Below the pieces are notes generated by a model. That model did not search any database. It saw only the letters and a program-made list of their open reading frames with translations, and had not been told where the DNA came from. A DNA stretch of 64,000 bases from a virus, in the UHGV virus genome UHGV-0038016; one strand, written 5' to 3'. The stretch's first letter is position 1; every line of letters starts with the position of its first letter. Of this stretch, positions 41,552 through 51,281 are shown one piece after another. Both the position numbers and the translations under genes were made by a program.

Positions 41552-42787
41552 GATAATAGCGGTACCAGGTTTAATTAATTGCCATACTAATAACTGAATT
41601 TGTTTTTGGTAACTAAAATGGTCTTTAAAGCCAGCCGCGTGATGTTATGAAATTGACCATTAATCAATTTCCTATATATTTCTATATAGACCAGACTATA
41701 TCTTCATCTTCTTATTAAGAAGAGCTTCCCGCTACCTAGTGTACTAGGATACTTAGTCGTTGAACCTTCCCCATATCATTTTGACTTAGGGACTTGGCTG
41801 CTGATTGCCTCATAAGCAACAATTTTCTAACCTTCATATTTTCTTTTCAGAAATATTGTGGTTTGTTGCTCTCAAAGGGGTCCCAGCAATTCGAGAAGTT
41901 TGCTTTTCTTGCTCACGCAAGAATGACGCCATCTCTTGTTTTTCTTCACTTGTTTTTTTAAGGAAGGTATCACGATAGTCTCTATAAGACCTATCGTTTA
42001 TTATTTCAGTTAAAACATTTCCTCTAACATTAAAATATCTTGCTAATCTCTTCAAAGGAACTATTCTTCCTTGTTCTTCATTCAGTAAAACGCAATGAAC
42101 TTGAAATTCATTCAGTTTTCTTTTTGAGGTTGGCATAATAGTACTATTTCGTTTTTTCGAGATAAAGTCTGAGCTTTGACAAAAAGATTTAAAAATTTCA
42201 AATCTTTTATCATAATCCAACTTTTGATATTTTAGTGTATATTGGAAATGGCTACTTCCTTTTTTAATTCTACTTATTGTTGTTGTTGTTACATTAAAAA
42301 TTTCAGATAAAACTGCACCAGGTCTTGAAGAAAATTCTAATGCAGAATTAATTGCATATATATCTGATTCTATTAAATGAGAACCTCCATTTGTAGCTCC
42401 AGTATGTCCTCCAAGACCTCCTGGATTTTGATTATATCCATTATTATATGAATCAAAATTCTGAATCCAAAAAATCTCTCTTTGAGAAGCTTCTTTTACA
42501 CTTAAACTTTTTTCTTCTATAATTTCAAAAGAAAAAGCTTCTTTACCAAACAAATTATATTCTTTTTGTAAAAAAGAATTATGATGTCTTTGTGTCAGTA
42601 AATCTGTAAAATGTCTCAACTGTCTTCTAGCTATATTACTAGTTAGACCAATATATTTTTTAGAGTTTATTTTATTTTCTATTTTGTAAAACCAATAAGT
42701 AAATTTTTTATCTTCTTCCATTTTTAAAAAACTCCTTTATTTTATATTTTATTTATTATAAAATAAAGTACAAGTGAATTATAACTT
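41552..42787 (-). mobile_element. group I self-splicing intron interrupting terL, carrying a GIY-YIG homing endonuclease ORF (boundaries approximate)
   Basis: The minus-strand sequence at 41800-41650 contains ...CAGCAGCCAAGTCCCTAAGTCAA...GGTTCAACGACTAAGT...GGGAAGCTCTTCTTAATAAGAAGATGAAGATATAGTCTGG. This closely matches the conserved group I catalytic core (J6/7-P7-P3-J8/7 ...GCCAAGUCCUAAGUCAA... and ...GUUCACAGACUAAAUG...AAGAUAUAGUC of the Tetrahymena LSU intron, recalled from memory). It lies between the ATPase and nuclease halves of terL. Confidence 0.6.
41834..42721 (-). CDS. GIY-YIG family homing endonuclease (295 aa), intron-encoded
   Basis: N-terminus FTYWFYKIENKINSKKYIGLTSNIARRQLRH...EIFWIQ...YNGYN fits the GIY-YIG pattern (GIY...YIG...R...E...N). 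The C-terminal region resembles NUMOD/IENR-type DNA-binding helices. Confidence 0.75.
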   Translation of the reverse strand: MEEDKKFTYWFYKIENKINSKKYIGLTSNIARRQLRHFTDLLTQRHHNSFLQKEYNLFGKEAFSFEIIEEKSLSVKEASQREIFWIQNFDSYNNGYNQNPGGLGGHTGATNGGSHLIESDIYAINSALEFSSRPGAVLSEIFNVTTTTISRIKKGSSHFQYTLKYQKLDYDKRFEIFKSFCQSSDFISKKRNSTIMPTSKRKLNEFQVHCVLLNEEQGRIVPLKRLARYFNVRGNVLTEIINDRSYRDYRDTFLKKTSEEKQEMASFLREQEKQTSRIAGTPLRATNHNISEKKI

Positions 42788-43516
42788 TTAGATTATTAAC
42801 GTAATATAAACTTGAGATTTATTCATTTTATCATTAGGATCTACTTGTCCATTGGCAGCTCGACGAGATACGTTCATCATAGGCAAAATAACTTGTGAGA
42901 ATTTTTCCCCATCAACCAAAATAACCTCATCAATAAGTCCTGAATGTCGACGTCCACCACGAGAACTTTCTTTAGCTGCTACTACGTCGAATCGACTACC
43001 ATTTTTAAATACAACTTGCACATAATCTTTACCATTAAGCTTCGTTTGTCCTGGTGCCCAATTGATTTCTTTTCTAATTGATGGTATCATATCACAGATT
43101 TCATTAATTTTTTCTGCAGCAATACCAGCAGCCTGTTCTTTACCACCAGAGGTAATAAATACTTTAATTCCTGGATATAAAATACATTTTTCCATCATTA
43201 GCATAACAGACAAAAAAGATTTAGAAAAGGCACGTGTAAAAGTACCAAAAAAGTATTTATGCCTCATAGCAGCACGTAAAAATAATCTTTGGTAAAAGAA
43301 AAAATTAAATTTGCTATCTGGACCCTTTATCATATCAATAAACATGTCTGGGTATTCTCTCCAAAAGGAGACGTATTCTGTAAAAGTAGGAATGCTTGCA
43401 CGCACCCTCTCTTCTGTTAAAAATACTTCTCGATTTTTTTTAGAGTTAATAAAATCTGATTTAATATCAATAAGAGTTGTACTTTTGTCTTCATGTTTTT
43501 TATTCTTCGCCATCAA
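42788..43516 (-). CDS. terL: terminase large subunit, N-terminal (ATPase) exon (242 aa ORF; real 5' splice site probably upstream of the in-frame stop)
   Basis: Deviant Walker A GTFTRAFSKS, Walker B HSGLIDEV, and motif-III-like VFITSGG. Overlaps the upstream gene by 17 nt, as terS-terL pairs often do. Confidence 0.65.
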   Translation of the reverse strand: MMAKNKKHEDKSTTLIDIKSDFINSKKNREVFLTEERVRASIPTFTEYVSFWREYPDMFIDMIKGPDSKFNFFFYQRLFLRAAMRHKYFFGTFTRAFSKSFLSVMLMMEKCILYPGIKVFITSGGKEQAAGIAAEKINEICDMIPSIRKEINWAPGQTKLNGKDYVQVVFKNGSRFDVVAAKESSRGGRRHSGLIDEVILVDGEKFSQVILPMMNVSRRAANGQVDPNDKMNKSQVYITLII

Positions 43517-44663
43517 GTTCTACCCCCAATAACTTAGCCTCATCAGTAAGTTCTGGTAGAACCTCAGTATTAACAGCTTCAAACAATAAATCATCATCAG
43601 AGACCATGTCTTCTTCCACAAACAGAGCATCATCTGCAGACATTTGTTCTTTTTCTTCGTCCAATTTAATTTGTTCTAAGCCTTTTTCAATTAGAGAATC
43701 TAAGTTTAATTCTTTTTCAACTAAATTACGTACGTAGTTTGTGAAATCTCGCAATGTAACATCTACGATATCTTGTGGCTCATCTGTATGGTATACAGGA
43801 ATAAACCCTTCTTCTTCACATAAACGCACCATTTCAGAGATACTGTCAATGAATTTATCTTCCTCTTTCTCTTGGGAAGCAGTAAATTTAGCAGATTTCA
43901 TCATTTTATCATAGGTATTAGATAATTTCTGGTATTCATCATACATTCCTGAATCAATTAAACTGTGCATACGTAAAGAAACTTTACAGATTTGCTTTAA
44001 GTAATCTTCATGGGAAGCAGAAGTAATATCATAAGATTCATGCATTTCTCCATAAAAAGTTTCTAATTGAATTAATTCTTCTTCATTATATAAAGTTCCC
44101 CATTTAATTTTTAATTCTTTTATTTGAGTCTTAGTTAATGCAGGATCTTCATCTTCTGTATCAATTCTTCCTGCCATTAGTTGCATAGCAGTGTCAGGAT
44201 CATAACCTTTGTCTAATAAATCCTCTAGTTTTTGATGAAGTATATCACGTTTTTGTTGAATCTCTTGATCGTGTTGTTCCATAAATTGAGGAGTGTCAGA
44301 GAATTTATAACCTTTATATTGTTCTAATCGCATTTTACCAATATAGCGTCCTAAGACAGATTGGTTTGCATTTTTATTACGAATAGTTTTACCATCTTTA
44401 GATGTTGAGAATTCATATCGTTCTCTTAATGAATTCCACTCATCTGGAATATATGGAATATCAATTTCTTCCATAATCTTCATTACTGTTGATGGAGATT
44501 TTAAATCAATAAGAGATGCCATACATTTCTTACATTTTTTCATTGGATCTCCATTTTTATCTTTATAAAAATCCTTTGCAGGATAAAATCTATTACAATG
44601 TTCGCAGTGAATTTTTTCTGCTTGCATTTCTACTACTGACTTTTGTTTTTCTTCCTGAGCCAT
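43500..44663 (-). CDS. Zn-ribbon protein, candidate terminase small subunit (387 aa)
   Basis: N-terminal CEHCNRFYPAKDFYKDKNGDPMKKCKKC zinc ribbon, helical middle and acidic C-terminus. Position immediately upstream of terL and coupled to it. Confidence 0.3.
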   Translation of the reverse strand: MAQEEKQKSVVEMQAEKIHCEHCNRFYPAKDFYKDKNGDPMKKCKKCMASLIDLKSPSTVMKIMEEIDIPYIPDEWNSLRERYEFSTSKDGKTIRNKNANQSVLGRYIGKMRLEQYKGYKFSDTPQFMEQHDQEIQQKRDILHQKLEDLLDKGYDPDTAMQLMAGRIDTEDEDPALTKTQIKELKIKWGTLYNEEELIQLETFYGEMHESYDITSASHEDYLKQICKVSLRMHSLIDSGMYDEYQKLSNTYDKMMKSAKFTASQEKEEDKFIDSISEMVRLCEEEGFIPVYHTDEPQDIVDVTLRDFTNYVRNLVEKELNLDSLIEKGLEQIKLDEEKEQMSADDALFVEEDMVSDDDLLFEAVNTEVLPELTDEAKLLGVELDGEE

Positions 44664-44734
44664 TTTTAAACCTCCTTAATTTAATAAAAATGTCCAGCTT
44701 CAGAATAATTGAAAGCTGGACATAATGTCTTATA

Positions 44735-46018
44735 TCATTTTGTCATTTGTTCTGCTAAGTCTGCAACACGTGAGCGATAAATATTACTTAAATGAATATT
44801 GCCAAAAACTTCTGTTCCAGCAAAAACTTCAATTAATTTAAGCATACCATTATTATCGCCTTCATAAGCCCATGAATCCAATTGTGTAGTTGGGTCTCCT
44901 TCAATAAAAACTTTAGTTCCTTCTCCAGCACGTTGTAAGGCTAGTTGCATTAAATCTTTATTTAAATTTTGAGCTTCTGTAATATATAAAGAAGAATTTT
45001 CTGTAACTTCATAACCTCGAATATCTGAAATAGGAATAATTTCAATAAGCCCAGATTCAATATATTCAATTGCTCTTTCTCGTTCACCAATTTTTGAAGC
45101 TAAGATCCCTCCAATAGATTCTTGCATCAATTTTAAATTTCTATCTCCCTTATAAAAACCAAGTGTTTTAGCTCCACGAGCCTTTTCTGGATTGACAAAT
45201 ATAGTAATTTTGCAAATCTCTTCTTTTTCTAGCATTTCAAATTGTTTTGCAAGCATTAAATAAGTTTTCCCTGACCCTGCAGGACCAGTTAATAGTGAAA
45301 TATCATGCTTGCCCAACATATCAAAAGCACAAAACTGAGCATAATCTTTTTCTTTAGGATTTAAAGTGCCAAATTCAGAAGAGCATATTTTAATATGTTT
45401 ATTGTGTCTTACTGGATTATTATCAAAAATTTTTGTGGCACGACCTTCTTCTACAACAAAGAAGTAAGGTTCTCCATGTTTTTCTAATACCAAATATTCA
45501 TTTTCTAATAACCCAAGAGAGGAAATATATTGGTTAGCTAGGGCAAATAGCATTGCATTTGTATCATCTTCTAATTCGTCGGAGACATCAACAACTGTAT
45601 ATCCTTCTCGATATTTATCTGCATCTTCATAAAAGTTTCGTACATTAACTCTATTTGCTTTAGCCACTGTTCCCATGGATAGGTCATTAGTTATTACCTC
45701 GATCTCGGAAAGCAAACGATTCTCTTTTTGCGCCAAGAATATGATATCTCCATCTACAGTAGATTTATCATAAGAGGGTCTTTCTGGGTTTTCTGTATCG
45801 ATAATCGTGAATAAATCTTCATTTTCTCGCAGCATTCTTAAGCCATTTCTAGCTTCGAACCCTCGCTGACCCTCAGCGGTTTTTAATCTATCTAGCTCTC
45901 CTAGAGTTCCAAGTGTAACTAATAAATCACAATCTTTGAATTCCTCAATTAAACTGCTAATTCTTTTTGTACTCATCAAAATATTTGTATCCAAAATTAC
46001 CCGTTTCTTATTTGTCAT
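44735..46018 (-). CDS. PhoH-like ATPase with N-terminal PIN domain (427 aa)
   Basis: N-terminal KRVILDTNILMS (PIN-like). Walker A LLTGPAGSGKTYL. Overall PIN+PhoH (YlaK-like) architecture. Confidence 0.7.
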   Translation of the reverse strand: MTNKKRVILDTNILMSTKRISSLIEEFKDCDLLVTLGTLGELDRLKTAEGQRGFEARNGLRMLRENEDLFTIIDTENPERPSYDKSTVDGDIIFLAQKENRLLSEIEVITNDLSMGTVAKANRVNVRNFYEDADKYREGYTVVDVSDELEDDTNAMLFALANQYISSLGLLENEYLVLEKHGEPYFFVVEEGRATKIFDNNPVRHNKHIKICSSEFGTLNPKEKDYAQFCAFDMLGKHDISLLTGPAGSGKTYLMLAKQFEMLEKEEICKITIFVNPEKARGAKTLGFYKGDRNLKLMQESIGGILASKIGERERAIEYIESGLIEIIPISDIRGYEVTENSSLYITEAQNLNKDLMQLALQRAGEGTKVFIEGDPTTQLDSWAYEGDNNGMLKLIEVFAGTEVFGNIHLSNIYRSRVADLAEQMTK

Positions 46019-46033
46019 ATTAGTAACTCCTCG

Positions 46034-47053
46034 TTATTTTTTGCTGTTACGACATTCTTTACAAATTGAATAAAACTGTGATGAAGATGTTCTATTAATA
46101 CTAAAATTACGATTATTTGCTAATTTAATTTCTTTACAACGAGAACAACGTTTGTAAGTTCCCTTAAGTTTGTTCATGTACATATAATCAATCCACTCTT
46201 CTGTTGCAGCATCTGCAATAATTTGTGGGATTTTATTTCTATATAAAGATGAAATATATTCTTGTGTATGATCTACTCCAAAAATTTCAATAAGTCCTTC
46301 TCTTATTTCATCATTACGTGACCCAATAATTTTTTCATTTAAAATATAAAGTAAAGTAGGTTTTTCAGCAAGAGATTTTTGAATTAATCTATCAAGATCT
46401 TCTAAAATCCATTTAATATCTGAATCATTATTATCTTTAAATTCAATTTTTAAGCTACTATAGTTGATTAATAATGATAATACTTGATCTCGTTGTTGTA
46501 GGTTAATAGTGTCATAATGAATATCTTGCTCAATATTCCCTGTATTACCTCTTCCAAAAATTGGTTGACGATGAGAATTTTTAAGAACATATTGGTCTCT
46601 ACGCATTTCAATAATTGTTTGTTTAATTTTTCCCGCTAATTTTTTAGGCATATCTGGATTTTCATCTAAATATTTTTGTAATTTATCAATTTCTTCTCTT
46701 AGTTGTGCCAAACCAGGTACTTCTTCAATATCTTTTTCTGTTATTTCTACTTTTGGTGTTAAAATTACATTTTTATCTTGTTTAATTAATTGATGGAAAG
46801 CACTTTCTCCTCCTTCAAGCTTTTCCATTAATCCTTCTCTTGAAGTTTCTCTTTTATTTACCGTAACTAAACGATTAGCTGTAATAATTTCTCCACGAGA
46901 TTCTGGATTAGTTCCATCTATTAAATATGTAGCAATTTTATCTCGTTGATATGGAGTTAATTTATCTTCTCCAATTCTTTTCATCTCTTTATTAACCCAT
47001 TCTAATCTTTCTTCATAGGTTTGCAAAGCATTATTTAATTGTAATGATGCCAT
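46034..47053 (-). CDS. hypothetical protein with C-terminal double CxxC zinc ribbon (339 aa); possible late-gene regulator
   Basis: C-terminus CSRCKEIK...CKEC. The N-terminus LTPYQRDKIATYLIDG is faintly like a sigma region-4 or HTH segment. Any regulatory role is speculative. Confidence 0.35.
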   Translation of the reverse strand: MASLQLNNALQTYEERLEWVNKEMKRIGEDKLTPYQRDKIATYLIDGTNPESRGEIITANRLVTVNKRETSREGLMEKLEGGESAFHQLIKQDKNVILTPKVEITEKDIEEVPGLAQLREEIDKLQKYLDENPDMPKKLAGKIKQTIIEMRRDQYVLKNSHRQPIFGRGNTGNIEQDIHYDTINLQQRDQVLSLLINYSSLKIEFKDNNDSDIKWILEDLDRLIQKSLAEKPTLLYILNEKIIGSRNDEIREGLIEIFGVDHTQEYISSLYRNKIPQIIADAATEEWIDYMYMNKLKGTYKRCSRCKEIKLANNRNFSINRTSSSQFYSICKECRNSKK

Positions 47054-47162
47054 CTATATTTATTCCTCCAATGTTTTATGTCTTTCTATATTTATATTAT
47101 ATCATATAGACTAAATAATGTCAAGTAAAAAAAGAGAACTTTTTCAAGTTCCCTTTTTAATC

Positions 47163-49025
47163 TTAACTATTTCTTAAGTTTTCCAATTCTTCTTTTAATG
47201 AATCTACTTCTTGAGACAGTTGTTGTGTCGCTCTCCATAAATAAGCTGTCAGCGCATAAGCGTTCACGCCTCGCCCTTCCATTTCTACTACCTCTTGGGG
47301 AAGACCATGCTCGATAATAAATCCTAATTGAGTACTTTGTTTTGGATCATTTTTATAAGCATATAACTCAGGCGTAACTTCTTTAACTTTTGATAAAGCA
47401 TCTTCTTCAAATTTCTTAATAGGATTCTTATATTTTACAGAAGAACGTGTAATAAAACCATCAGAAGATAAACGTACAAAATTATTACGTTCATTGCTTG
47501 TAAAGTTTGCATTACCCTTGAATGAGTCAACAACTAAAGTCTGACTATATTGCTCATAATATAATACAGCATAGTTTCTCAAAGCATTTGCCTCACCATT
47601 AAGCCCAGCTTTTCTTGGAAAAATACGTAAACATACATCCCCATCACCAGTACCCTTAGAAGTCTCATGGTTAAAACCAACATTAATAGCCGAACCAGAA
47701 TGAATTTTACCTTTAGCTCTTGTATTCCATGCTTCAAAATACAATGTAGCTAATTCAGAATTACTTCCCATACCAGCAATACGTAGATTTTTACGACCAC
47801 TACTACTGTTACCAGAAAGCAAGCTGTTCATTCCACCATTAACCTTATAATGCAATTGTCCATTCTTACCCTTAACAAATAATGGAACGTCACTAAAAGG
47901 CGCAACAATATCAACTGAGGTCCCACCACTATTATTATTATTCAAAATAGTAGTTCGTCCATTAGTACTTGCATTACCAAATACCGCACGAGGACCATTT
48001 GCATGAATATCAACCGACCCATCACTATAAGCCGACATAATATCAAAATTCTTTTTCACGTTAGCGATTCTAAAACGAGAACCGCCTTCTTTTCCTCCGT
48101 AAGTAGAATTCTTGGATGTACCTCTTGGATCATCCAATATTGCCACATTATTAGCAGAACCTGTACTACTAAATTGCACTTGAGAAACTTGTCCAGAACC
48201 AGCTTTCATTACTAAAGAACCAGTCATAGTATCTCCAGCTTTTTTAACAAAATTAGCTCCAGCTCCGGCCGCATCAATTTTATCTAAAATATCTTGCGCT
48301 AATGAAATAGTTTGTCCATTTGCCAATGTCTTTCCATCAGAGGCCAACCCTTTTCCTACATTTACTTTTAATTCTCCAAGAGAGGAATCAACAGTATCTT
48401 GTAGTTTGGTAAGGTCCGATTGGGCCGCTAGTGGAGTGAACTTATTGTTGACCCTTGTTTGGGCGGTGCCATCATCGCCAATGACGAATCCATAAGTATT
48501 GTTATTAGAAGCCTTACGTTGAATGAGCCAACCTGTTTTGCCATTGGGGCGATTTGCGGCGCTAGTTGTAATATAATTTTCAGTGGATTTTAATAGAGTA
48601 TTAACGTCACCATTAAAATCTTTTAATTGCATTTTACCGAAGTACCATGGGAATTTTTCGGCGATTTCGGCAAGAGCACCTTCAACATCTACCGAGGTAT
48701 AATTATCGGCGGTATCGTTGATTAAAACATTACCAGCGATGTTGCTGCCTCCACCTGTTCCTGGAATACTGCCGGTGCCAATTTCAACCCATTTTTCTGC
48801 AGTGGAAATATAATTTTTTTTGTTTGATCTATTATAATAAAATAGACCTGGCTCATTTGGTACTCCCACAGGAACAGCATCACCAACCATTTTCCCTGGG
48901 GAAATTAATCGTGGATTGCCTTGGTTATCAGCAACATAAATACCATTTGGATAAGAAAACCAAATATTTTCATCGCCAGATTCTACTTTAGCGGGCTTGC
49001 CGCTAACCTTGTGAAACTTAATCAT
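47163..49025 (-). CDS. tail fibre / tail spike protein with C-terminal intramolecular chaperone (peptidase S74-like) domain (620 aa)
   Basis: The C-terminus SSDGFITRSSVKYKNPIKKFEEDALSKVKEVTPELYAYKND...IIEHGLPQEV resembles the autoproteolytic intramolecular chaperone domain of endosialidase-type fibres. The rest is Gly/Asn/Ser-rich beta sequence. Confidence 0.55.
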   Translation of the reverse strand: MIKFHKVSGKPAKVESGDENIWFSYPNGIYVADNQGNPRLISPGKMVGDAVPVGVPNEPGLFYYNRSNKKNYISTAEKWVEIGTGSIPGTGGGSNIAGNVLINDTADNYTSVDVEGALAEIAEKFPWYFGKMQLKDFNGDVNTLLKSTENYITTSAANRPNGKTGWLIQRKASNNNTYGFVIGDDGTAQTRVNNKFTPLAAQSDLTKLQDTVDSSLGELKVNVGKGLASDGKTLANGQTISLAQDILDKIDAAGAGANFVKKAGDTMTGSLVMKAGSGQVSQVQFSSTGSANNVAILDDPRGTSKNSTYGGKEGGSRFRIANVKKNFDIMSAYSDGSVDIHANGPRAVFGNASTNGRTTILNNNNSGGTSVDIVAPFSDVPLFVKGKNGQLHYKVNGGMNSLLSGNSSSGRKNLRIAGMGSNSELATLYFEAWNTRAKGKIHSGSAINVGFNHETSKGTGDGDVCLRIFPRKAGLNGEANALRNYAVLYYEQYSQTLVVDSFKGNANFTSNERNNFVRLSSDGFITRSSVKYKNPIKKFEEDALSKVKEVTPELYAYKNDPKQSTQLGFIIEHGLPQEVVEMEGRGVNAYALTAYLWRATQQLSQEVDSLKEELENLRNS

Positions 49026-49041
49026 TTATTCACATCCTCCT

Positions 49042-49242
49042 TTACCAATCTAATGTTGTGAATACTGGAACTCGAGAGCTAAATTTAATATTATGATTAA
49101 TAACGTCAATATCAATTGTGCCATCGGTAATAAATTTTAAAATCCGCTCGGCGTTATCAGCTGTAATTTCTACTTCTCCATTAGTTACGACGTTAAAGCC
49201 CGAACCATGTAGAAGCTCTTCTTCTATGACGTGTTTTGCCAT
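49042..49242 (-). CDS. hypothetical protein (66 aa), first gene of minus-strand late module
   Basis: Strong SD (aaataaaggaggagttcgac-ATG). Immediately upstream of the fibre gene. Confidence 0.45.
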   Translation of the reverse strand: MAKHVIEEELLHGSGFNVVTNGEVEITADNAERILKFITDGTIDIDVINHNIKFSSRVPVFTTLDW

Positions 49243-50562
49243 GTCGAACTCCTCCTTTATTTACATTTACTCTGGTATCAATATAAAAACTGGGCAGAAC
49301 TATAGATAAATCTACCCCAACCGTGAGACGTCGTAGAAAAAAGACAGTCATGCGATTTTCAATTTTGAAGCTCTGATTAAGTGTTGTTGCCGCGGCTTCC
49401 CTGATTGACTTGTGAATATTTTCACAAATCCCAAAACCATCCCCACTAAAAGCTATTTTAGAAAAAATAACAGCCTGTAAGACCCGCATTAACCCAACCC
49501 CCATGGGCTAAAATAACAATCGTAAATCCAATTCCAATCTCAATTCCATTCCTGAAAACGCCCAAACCCTAATGATAACAAGCCTTTTACTACTGTTGTA
49601 AAAACTTATTGACCTAATTAAATAACGACCTGTGCATCCCTTACCACTAACCTCCTTATTAATTAAATAACACTCATCTGTGTTGCTGCCACCAAAAATA
49701 ACACTTGTTATTTAATAATATCAACTAATTTCTAACATTGAGTGGAATCCTTGTGAAATATTTCACAATCGTTTAAGGTTGTGATTGGTCTAGTCCATCT
49801 ATGTCTACTGCCACAATATATGAATATATGTTCACATGTACATCTCTTCAAGTATTTAAGTATGTTTAAATAACACTTGTTATTTTAAATATCGAACTAT
49901 AAAATTAAATAACCTTTGTTATTCATCGAGTTGCTGGGAACAAGCCGAACATATGTGCGCCAAGTATCTTTGCTTGACACCTTGCGTCAATGAGTTGTAA
50001 GCGCTTACATCTGTGACAATGCTCACAGACTAGCAGTAAGTACATATGAATATATGTACATCTGTTCATTCATACATATGAATAAATTATTATATGAATG
50101 ATTGTACATGTGTGAAATGTTTCACAATGTATTAGCTCATCACATCTCTGCCACCAAACATAACACTTGTTATAATAACTGATAAGTGTTATTTTATATA
50201 AGACTATTTATTCTAACACCTTAATAAAAGATAATAATAGCGCCCACAATACACTTCTTTGCTCTTCTCTTGGGTTTTATAATGCTTAATAGATAATTAT
50301 GCCAAATAATATGAAAAGCTCTTAAAACGTAAAATAAAGCGCTTTCAATTCATCTGTTTAAGTAAATCTTTTGTAAGCGCTTACATCTCTCGATAGTCTA
50401 TTAAAATAACATCTGTTATCGAATGCATATATACATACATAATGTATATAAAAATATTTTGTCTAATGTTAAAAACCATTTGACAATTAGGGTTTTATAT
50501 ATTATACTATTTATAGGGGTTAGATGAATAGCCCTAAAACCTATTGAAAAGAGGTATTCAAA
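49243..50562. promoter_or_regulatory. divergent control region between late (minus-strand) and early (plus-strand) modules; dense operator or iteron arrays; candidate origin of replication
   Basis: About 1.3 kb with no convincing ORF. Three TGTGA-N6-TCACA palindromes at 49411-49426, 49752-49767 and 50111-50126. Two identical TTGTAAGCGCTTACATCT palindromes at 49994-50011 and 50370-50387. Five AATAACA-NN-TGTTATT inverted repeats at 49697-49712, 49869-49884, 49908-49923, about 50160-50173 and 50405-50420. AT-rich CATATGAATATATG direct repeats at 49816-49845 and 50041-50110. Confidence 0.55.
50480..50508 (+). promoter_or_regulatory. sigma-A-type promoter (TTGACA-17-TATACT) for first early gene
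   Basis: TTGACA at 50480-50485, 17-nt spacer, TATACT at 50503-50508, then SD GAGG and ATG at 50563. Confidence 0.6.
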
Positions 50563-50799
50563 ATGAATAATGAAACTCTTGAAGCTATCGAGATTTTAGA
50601 ATTTGCTTTAGAATATGAACTAGAACGAAAGTACCTATCTAAATATAAGAAAGAGCTTACTAGCCCTTTAGTTGATAGCTATGCACTTAGTGAGTGGTTA
50701 CGGAACAAATATGATTTTAGTATGCAATTCCAAAATAGATTTGACATTCATCAAGTGTATAATGATTTTGTTAAATGGTTAAATGAAAATATTTATTGA
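50563..50799 (+). CDS. hypothetical early protein (78 aa)
   Basis: ORF with SD. Its TGA stop forms part of the next promoter's TTGACA. Confidence 0.55.
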   Translation: MNNETLEAIEILEFALEYELERKYLSKYKKELTSPLVDSYALSEWLRNKYDFSMQFQNRFDIHQVYNDFVKWLNENIY

Positions 50800-50825
50800 C
50801 ACCATCCCGAAACTATGGTATATTA
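50796..50825 (+). promoter_or_regulatory. promoter TTGACA-17-TATATT; the -35 box contains the stop codon of the upstream gene
   Basis: TTGACA at 50796-50801. The TGA at 50797-50799 is the stop of the 78-aa gene. -10 TATATT. Leader ATATAGAAAGGAATG. Confidence 0.55.
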
Positions 50826-50850
50826 GATATATAGAAAGGAATGATAATAT

Positions 50851-51210
50851 ATGATAGAGATTATTGAAATAGTTAATTTAAAAACTAATGAGAAATATCC
50901 TATACAAGTAATAACAAAGTCACAATATAATGAAGAAATGTTTTGGAATGAAAACAAAAAAAGTTTATATTTAAAAGGTTATACTAGCTGGCTACCCGAA
51001 AGATGTAATTATGTAGAGCTTCCTAAGAAGTTTTTTAGAAATAAACAGCGAGCAAGTGATACAAATAAATTTCATGATTTTCTTGGCTTTATAACTGAAA
51101 GAATTTGTTTGCTCAATAATACGAATGAAATTAAAATAGTATGGAAAATTGATGAAAAAACAGATTTTTGTGATTTTCTTGAAAAATACTTCTGGGAAAG
51201 AAAAAGATAG
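50851..51210 (+). CDS. hypothetical early protein (119 aa)
   Basis: ORF with AAAGGA SD 10 nt upstream. Followed by terminator/promoter unit 1. Confidence 0.55.
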   Translation: MIEIIEIVNLKTNEKYPIQVITKSQYNEEMFWNENKKSLYLKGYTSWLPERCNYVELPKKFFRNKQRASDTNKFHDFLGFITERICLLNNTNEIKIVWKIDEKTDFCDFLEKYFWERKR

Positions 51211-51249
51211 GTGTTAGGGGTTGACAACAACCTCTAACAATGTTATACT
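51211..51249 (+). promoter_or_regulatory. terminator/promoter unit 1: hairpin gtgttagggg-TTGACAACAA-cctctaaca with -35 in the loop, then TGtTATACT
   Basis: 9-bp stem with one mismatch. TTGACA at 51221-51226. 17-nt spacer. Extended -10 TGTTATACT at 51241-51249. Confidence 0.6.
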
Positions 51250-51281
51250 AATTATAGTTAAAAGAAAGGAATGATTTTAAA

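Noticed and set aside
49193-49504. 103-aa minus-strand ORF overlapping the first late gene and extending into the control region
   Set aside because: It overlaps a well-supported gene in another frame, has no Shine-Dalgarno sequence, and is Arg-rich with odd composition. The region is better explained as promoter or operator DNA.
49243-50562. tRNA genes or integrase/attP in the large non-coding regions (also 58.1-58.9 kb and 61.0-61.6 kb)
   Set aside because: No cloverleaf-compatible segments were seen (GTTCGA/T-psi-C-like boxes are absent). No tyrosine or serine recombinase ORF occurs anywhere in the window. The phage therefore looks virulent rather than temperate.
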